Source: the human T2T-CHM13v2.0 reference genome, Homo sapiens. Taken from it: a DNA stretch of 64,000 bases. A model generated the notes under the pieces. That model had not been told where the DNA came from. It was given only the letters and a program-made list of their open reading frames with translations, and searched no databases. Of this stretch, positions 55,275-64,000 are shown piece after piece (position 1 is the first letter of the stretch; every line of letters starts with the position of its first letter). The stretch lies in NCBI RefSeq assembly GCF_009914755.1, contig NC_060947.1; one strand, written 5' to 3'. The position numbers were made by a program, and so were the translations under genes.

Positions 55275-56450
55275 CTTATTTCATTTTTACTTATTTATTT
55301 TTAATTTTTGTAAGTATATGTTAGGTGCATTCATGAAATGTTTTGATGCAGGCATACAATGCATAATAATCACATCATGGAGAATGGGGTATCCATCCCC
55401 TCAAGCATTTATCCTTCGTGTTACAAACAATTAAATTACACAGTCTTTTAGTTATTTTAAAATGTACAGTGAAGTTATTATGGACTATAGTCACCCTGTT
55501 GTGCTATCAAATAGTAGGTCTTATTCATTCTTTCTATATTTTTGTACCCATTAACCATCCATACCTCTCCCAAACTCCCCTACTCCCCTTCCCAGCCTCT
55601 GGTAACCATTCTTCTTCTACTCTCTATCTCCATGTGTTCAGTTGTTTTAATTTTTAGCTCCCACAAATAAGTGAGAACATGCAATGTTTATCTTTTATTG
55701 CCTATCTTATTTCCACTTAACACAATGATCTCCAGTTCTATCCATGTCATTGCAAATGACAGGATTTTAATCATTTTATGCCTGAATAGTGCTCCATTGT
55801 GTATATGTACCACATTTTCTTTATCCATTCATCTGTTGATGGACTCTTAGGTTGCTTCCAAACCTTAGCTATTGTAAAAGCTTCTGCAACAAACATGGAA
55901 GTGCAGCTATCTCTTTGATATACTGATTTTCTTTCTTTTGGGTATATACCAAGCAGGGGGGATGCTCGATTATATGGTAGCTCAATTTTTAATTTTTGTA
56001 GAAACCTCCAAACTGTCTTCATAGTGGATATACTAATTTACATTCCTACCAACATTATACAGAGTTTTCCCATTCTCCACATTCTTGTCAGCATTTGTTA
56101 TTTGCCTGTCTTTTGGATTTAAGCCACTTTTACTGGGGTGAGATGATATCTCATTGTAGTTTTGATTTGGGTTTCTCTGATGATCAGTGATGTTGAGCAC
56201 CTTTTCATATACCTGTTTGCCATTTATATGTCTTTTTTTGAGAAATGTCTGTTACAGAAATGTCATTTCTCATAAAAATGTCAAATCTTTTCCCCATTTT
56301 TCATCAAATTATTAGCTTTTTTCCTTTACAGTTTTATTTGAGCTCCTTGTGTATTCTGGTTATTAATCCCTTGTCAGATGAGTAGTTTGCAAATATTTTC
56401 TCCCATTCTGTGGGTTGTCTCTTCACTTTGATTATTTCTTTTGCTCTGCA
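55275..56450 (-). mobile_element. Second L1MA-class 3' end
   Basis: Same 3'UTR type as 50520-51760; ORF2 C-terminus (STDEWIKKMWYIYTME). Confidence 0.9.
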
Positions 56451-56756
56451 TGCACTAAATTTTAAATTTCTGTCATAAAGAATAAAAATATTATCTTCAG
56501 TTAATATTTAATAAAATTAATGCTCCCTTTTATGGAATAATCTTTAAAATTTAAATCTATTGCAGTATTTGAGTTGTTTTATATATGGATATTTTTCATA
56601 ATTATTAGTGTATGTTAATGTATTATTCAACAAACTTAACCTGTATATTTTCTAAATTTATTGAATTAAAATAAATTCTGAATAGAACCAGTTGATTTGT
56701 TTTTCATTTGAGACTCTTTTTATAAGGATTGGTTATACTCTTCTTATCCTTTATAG

Positions 56757-56830
56757 AGTTGCTGTACCTCAACCAGGAGCTTCTGTACAAACAAAGGGAA
56801 TTAAACCGGGCATGCCAAGCATCTTCAACC
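56757..56830 (+). CDS. RADX: RADX exon 11 (gene continues beyond the window)
   Basis: ctttatag|A GTT GCT; (P)[24 protein letters not shown]; donor C|GTATGT; 74 nt; no stop codon reached in the window. Confidence 0.93.
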
Positions 56831-58149
56831 GTATGTTACTATTTGTTATTATTATTTATGAAAACTTTATGAAACATTATTCTATGAAGATTACTATTTA
56901 ATTACTAAGCACAAGTAATACATGCTTAGAATGTATACTTTGCATATAGTAATATTAGCTTAGGTCACTGTCAAAAGTGTACTGATCAATTTGGTATCAT
57001 CCCAAAAGTGAAAGTAATTTTAAACAAACTTATACTTACCAGTTTGTTTCATTAGTAATAGTATATCTCTTCAAATGTACTATTTTTAATAGAAGAATAA
57101 GTAGGAAGTTTAATTTTTAATTGACAACAAATATGGATAGCTCTTAAAAGTAAATTGTATCTTCTTTCTTTGCTATTGGGTTGGCTGATTTGAACTTTGG
57201 CCTCATTTCTGAAGTGATTTCGTAATACAATTTTTTCTGGTGGGGTGTCCGTAGAGTAGTTTGGTTTAAGTCAGATCTTATCAGGTATCATCTCTCTGGA
57301 TTAGACTTTTTAGCACTTTATTTCCTTGCTTTGCTTTTGGTGTTATTTTGTTTTCATCCTCCACCTAGACAAAAGTGATACTGTCATTTTATTGAATACT
57401 ACCTTGTTAAATTTGATGTCTCAACGAACCTTTCCAAAGTATTTAAATATGACTTTTGTTGATTGTTACATGATATAAAATTGGAGCATTGTGAACAAGT
57501 CCATTCTAAACATTTTAAATCTTTTTAGAAACATCTGTCCTTACCTATTAGATTTATGTGGGTTAGTTAATAATAGATTTTTATTCATTTCTCCTGTCAT
57601 ATTCTAGACTGATTATTCTCTATAAGGCTGAATACTTTGTCCAAAAGTTTCAATGAGCACTTTAGATGATTTCAGTAAAAAATATAATTTGCGGACTTAT
57701 GGAGAAAAAGATTATTTTTCCCAGCTAAGCATAATTTGAATTAAAAAAATGTTCCTCAGGCAATGGATCTTGCCTGGACTCTAAATTCTAAAAATGAAGG
57801 AGAAAACCATAATTGTTCCCAGGTTTTGTGATTCTCTGTTTAATATCCAAGAAAGCAATTAAATTCTATTCTTCAGCTTGTCAGCTTGGTGATTAAACTT
57901 CATACAGATTTCTATATTAGCATCTGCTAAGATTATCCCATCTCTTTTACCTACAGAAGATAATATGGTACTTCTCACAATTATATAATAGTAGTACCAG
58001 CCATTTATTGAGCATTTATGTGTCAGGCACTGTGCTGAGCTTTATGGACACATTTTGTTTATCTCACAGGAAGTGGTTATTTGAAATTAATTTCAACTTT
58101 TCCTTCCTATTCCATGCTGTTTTGGAGAAAGCTCTTGTTCAGATGTAAG

Positions 58150-61940
<3,791 letters not shown>

Positions 61941-61948
61941 GGATTATG

Positions 61949-63330
61949 TTTTATTTTATTTTATTTTATTTTATTTTATTTTATTTTATTTTATTATACT
62001 TTTAAGTTCTGGGATATATTTGCAGAACGTGCAGGTTTGTTACATAGGTATATACGTGCCGTGATGGTTTGCTGCACCCATCAACCCATCGTCTACATTA
62101 GGTATTTCTCCTAATACTATCCCTCCCCTAGCCCCCAACATGCCGACAGGCCCCAATGTGTGATGTTCTCCTCCCTGTGTCCATGTGTTCTCATTGTTCA
62201 ACTCCCACTTGTTAGTGAGAACATGCAGTGTTTGGTTTTCTGTTCTTGTGTTAGTTTACTGAGAATGATGGTTTCCAGCTTCATCCATGTCCCTGAAAAG
62301 GACATGAACTCATCCTTTTTTATGGCTGCATAGTATTCCATGGTGTATATGTGCCACATTTTCTTTATCCAGTCTATCATTGTTGGACATTTGGAATGGT
62401 TCCAAGTCTTTGCTATTGTGAACAGTGCCTCAATAAACATAAGTGTGCATGTGTCTTTATAGTAGAATAATTTATAATCCTTTGAGTATATACCCAGTAA
62501 TGGGATTGCTGGGTCAAATGGTATTTCTGGTTCTAGATCCTTGAGGAATCACCAAACTGTCTTCCACAATGGTTGAACTAATTTACACTCCCACCAACAG
62601 TGTAAAAGCATTCCTATTTCTCCACATCCTCTCCAGCATCTGTTGTTTCCTGACTATAATGATCACCATTCTAACTGGCATGAGATGGTATCTCATTATG
62701 GTTTTGATTTGCATTTCTCTAATGACTAGTGATGATGATTTTTTTTTCATATGTTTGTTGGCTGCATAAATATCTTCTTTTGAGAAGTGTCTGTTCATAT
62801 CCTTCACCCACTTCTTGATGGGGTTGTTTATTTTTTTCTTGTAAATTTGTTTAAGTGACCAGTGGAACAGAACAGAGGCCTCAGAAATAACACCACACGT
62901 CTACAACCATCTGATCTTTGACAAACCTGACAAAAACAAGCAATGGGGAAAGGATTCCCTATTTAATAAATGGTGTTGGGAAAACTGGCTAGCCATGTGC
63001 AGAAAACTTAAACTGGACCCCTTCCTTACACCTTATACAAAAATTAACTCAAGATGGATTAGACTTAAACGTAAGACCTAAATCCATAAAAACCCTAGAA
63101 AAAAACCTAGGCAATATCACTCAGGACATAGGCATGGGCAAAGACTTAGGAATAAAACACCAAAAGCAATGGCAACAAAAGCCAAAATTGACAAATGGGA
63201 TCTAATTAAACTAAAGAGCTTCTGCACAGCAAAAGAAACTATCATCAGAGTGAACAGGCAACCTACAGAATGGGAGAAAATTTTTGCAATGTATCCATCT
63301 GACAAAAGGCTAATATCCAGAATCTATAAA
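61949..63330 (-). mobile_element. 5'-inverted L1 (L1PA7-like) with (TTTTA)n tail
   Basis: Antisense 3' end at 61949-62856, sense ORF2 segment at ~62857-63330; TSD gggattat(g/t)tttt at 61940-61952 and 63331-63343. Confidence 0.9.
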
Positions 63331-63455
63331 GGGATTATTTTTTAAAACATTCAATCCAAGAGAAGGCAGGAAAAGAGAAAATTGATCTAAGGAATAGATG
63401 AGTCAAAGAGAAACAATAGAAAAGTAGCAAATTTAAGTCCTTCCATGGTTAATTG

Positions 63456-63735
63456 CAGGCGTACCTCAGAGATATTGTGGGTTTGGTGCCAAACCATTAG
63501 AATAAAGTGAAAATTGCAGTAGAGCAAATCACACAAATTTTTAGGTTTTTCAGTACATATAAAAGTTATGTTTACATTCTAATAAGTATGCAATATCATT
63601 ATATCCAAAAATGTACATACCTGAATTTAAAAATACTGTATTGCTAATAAATGCTAACCATCATCTGAGCCTTAAGTGAGTCGTAGTCTTTTTGCTGGCG
63701 GAGGGTCTTGCCTTATGCTGATGGCTGTGGCAGTT
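63456..63735 (-). mobile_element. Tigger1 end
   Basis: caggcgtacctcagagatattgtgggtttgg TIR; catctgagccttaagtgagtcgtagtctttttgctgg. Confidence 0.88.
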
Positions 63736-63785
63736 TCTTTTTCTTTTTTTTTTTTAAGTTGTTATTAGCTTTATTTTTTTTTCAG

Positions 63786-64000
63786 GTTTTCTTTTTTTAT
63801 TATACTTTAAGTTCTAGGGTACATGTGCACAATGTGCAGGTTTGTTACATATGTATACATGTGCCATGTTAGTGTGCTGCACCCATTAACTCGTCATTTA
63901 CATTAGGTATATCTCCTAATGCTATCCCTCCCCCCACCGCCCACCCCATGACAGGCCCCAGTGCTTGATGTTCCCTACCCTGTGTCCAAGTGTTCTCATT
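63786..64000 (-). mobile_element. L1PA 3' end (runs off the window)
   Basis: ttattatactttaagttctagggtacatgtgcacaatgtgcaggtttg. Confidence 0.93.

Noticed and set aside
50520-56450. Two similar L1MA 3' ends as a possible segmental duplication, and their RT/endonuclease ORFs as a novel system
   Set aside because: The similarity is consistent with same-subfamily insertions, and the ORFs are fragmented standard L1 ORF2

Overview
Human (primate) genomic DNA, AT-rich and dense in repeats, not prokaryotic. It holds the 5' three-quarters of the X-linked gene RADX (CXorf57), an RPA-related OB-fold ssDNA-binding antagonist of RAD51, on the + strand. A CpG-rich promoter lies at about 20.2-20.8 kb. Coding exons 1-11 (ATG at 20524, exon 11 ending at 56830) splice by GT-AG rules into one open frame of 659 codons plus 1 nt; the remaining exons lie beyond the window. 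Intron 9 carries a MADE1 hairpin matching miR-548an. The rest is L1, Alu, MLT/ERV, L2/MIR and DNA-transposon relics. I see no evidence for a wholly new biological system. The best leads are: a degenerate NAP1L1-like retrocopy split by a 5'-inverted L1; an unidentified coding-like fragment present twice in inverted orientation in intron 1; an in-frame cryptic donor 7 nt after the RADX ATG that would delete the first OB fold; a GAGGAG tandem acceptor; an ERV env immunosuppressive-domain relic; a young AluYa5; and several locally templated duplications. Repeat subfamily and gene names come from recalled consensus sequences, not from a database search, and repeat boundaries are approximate.
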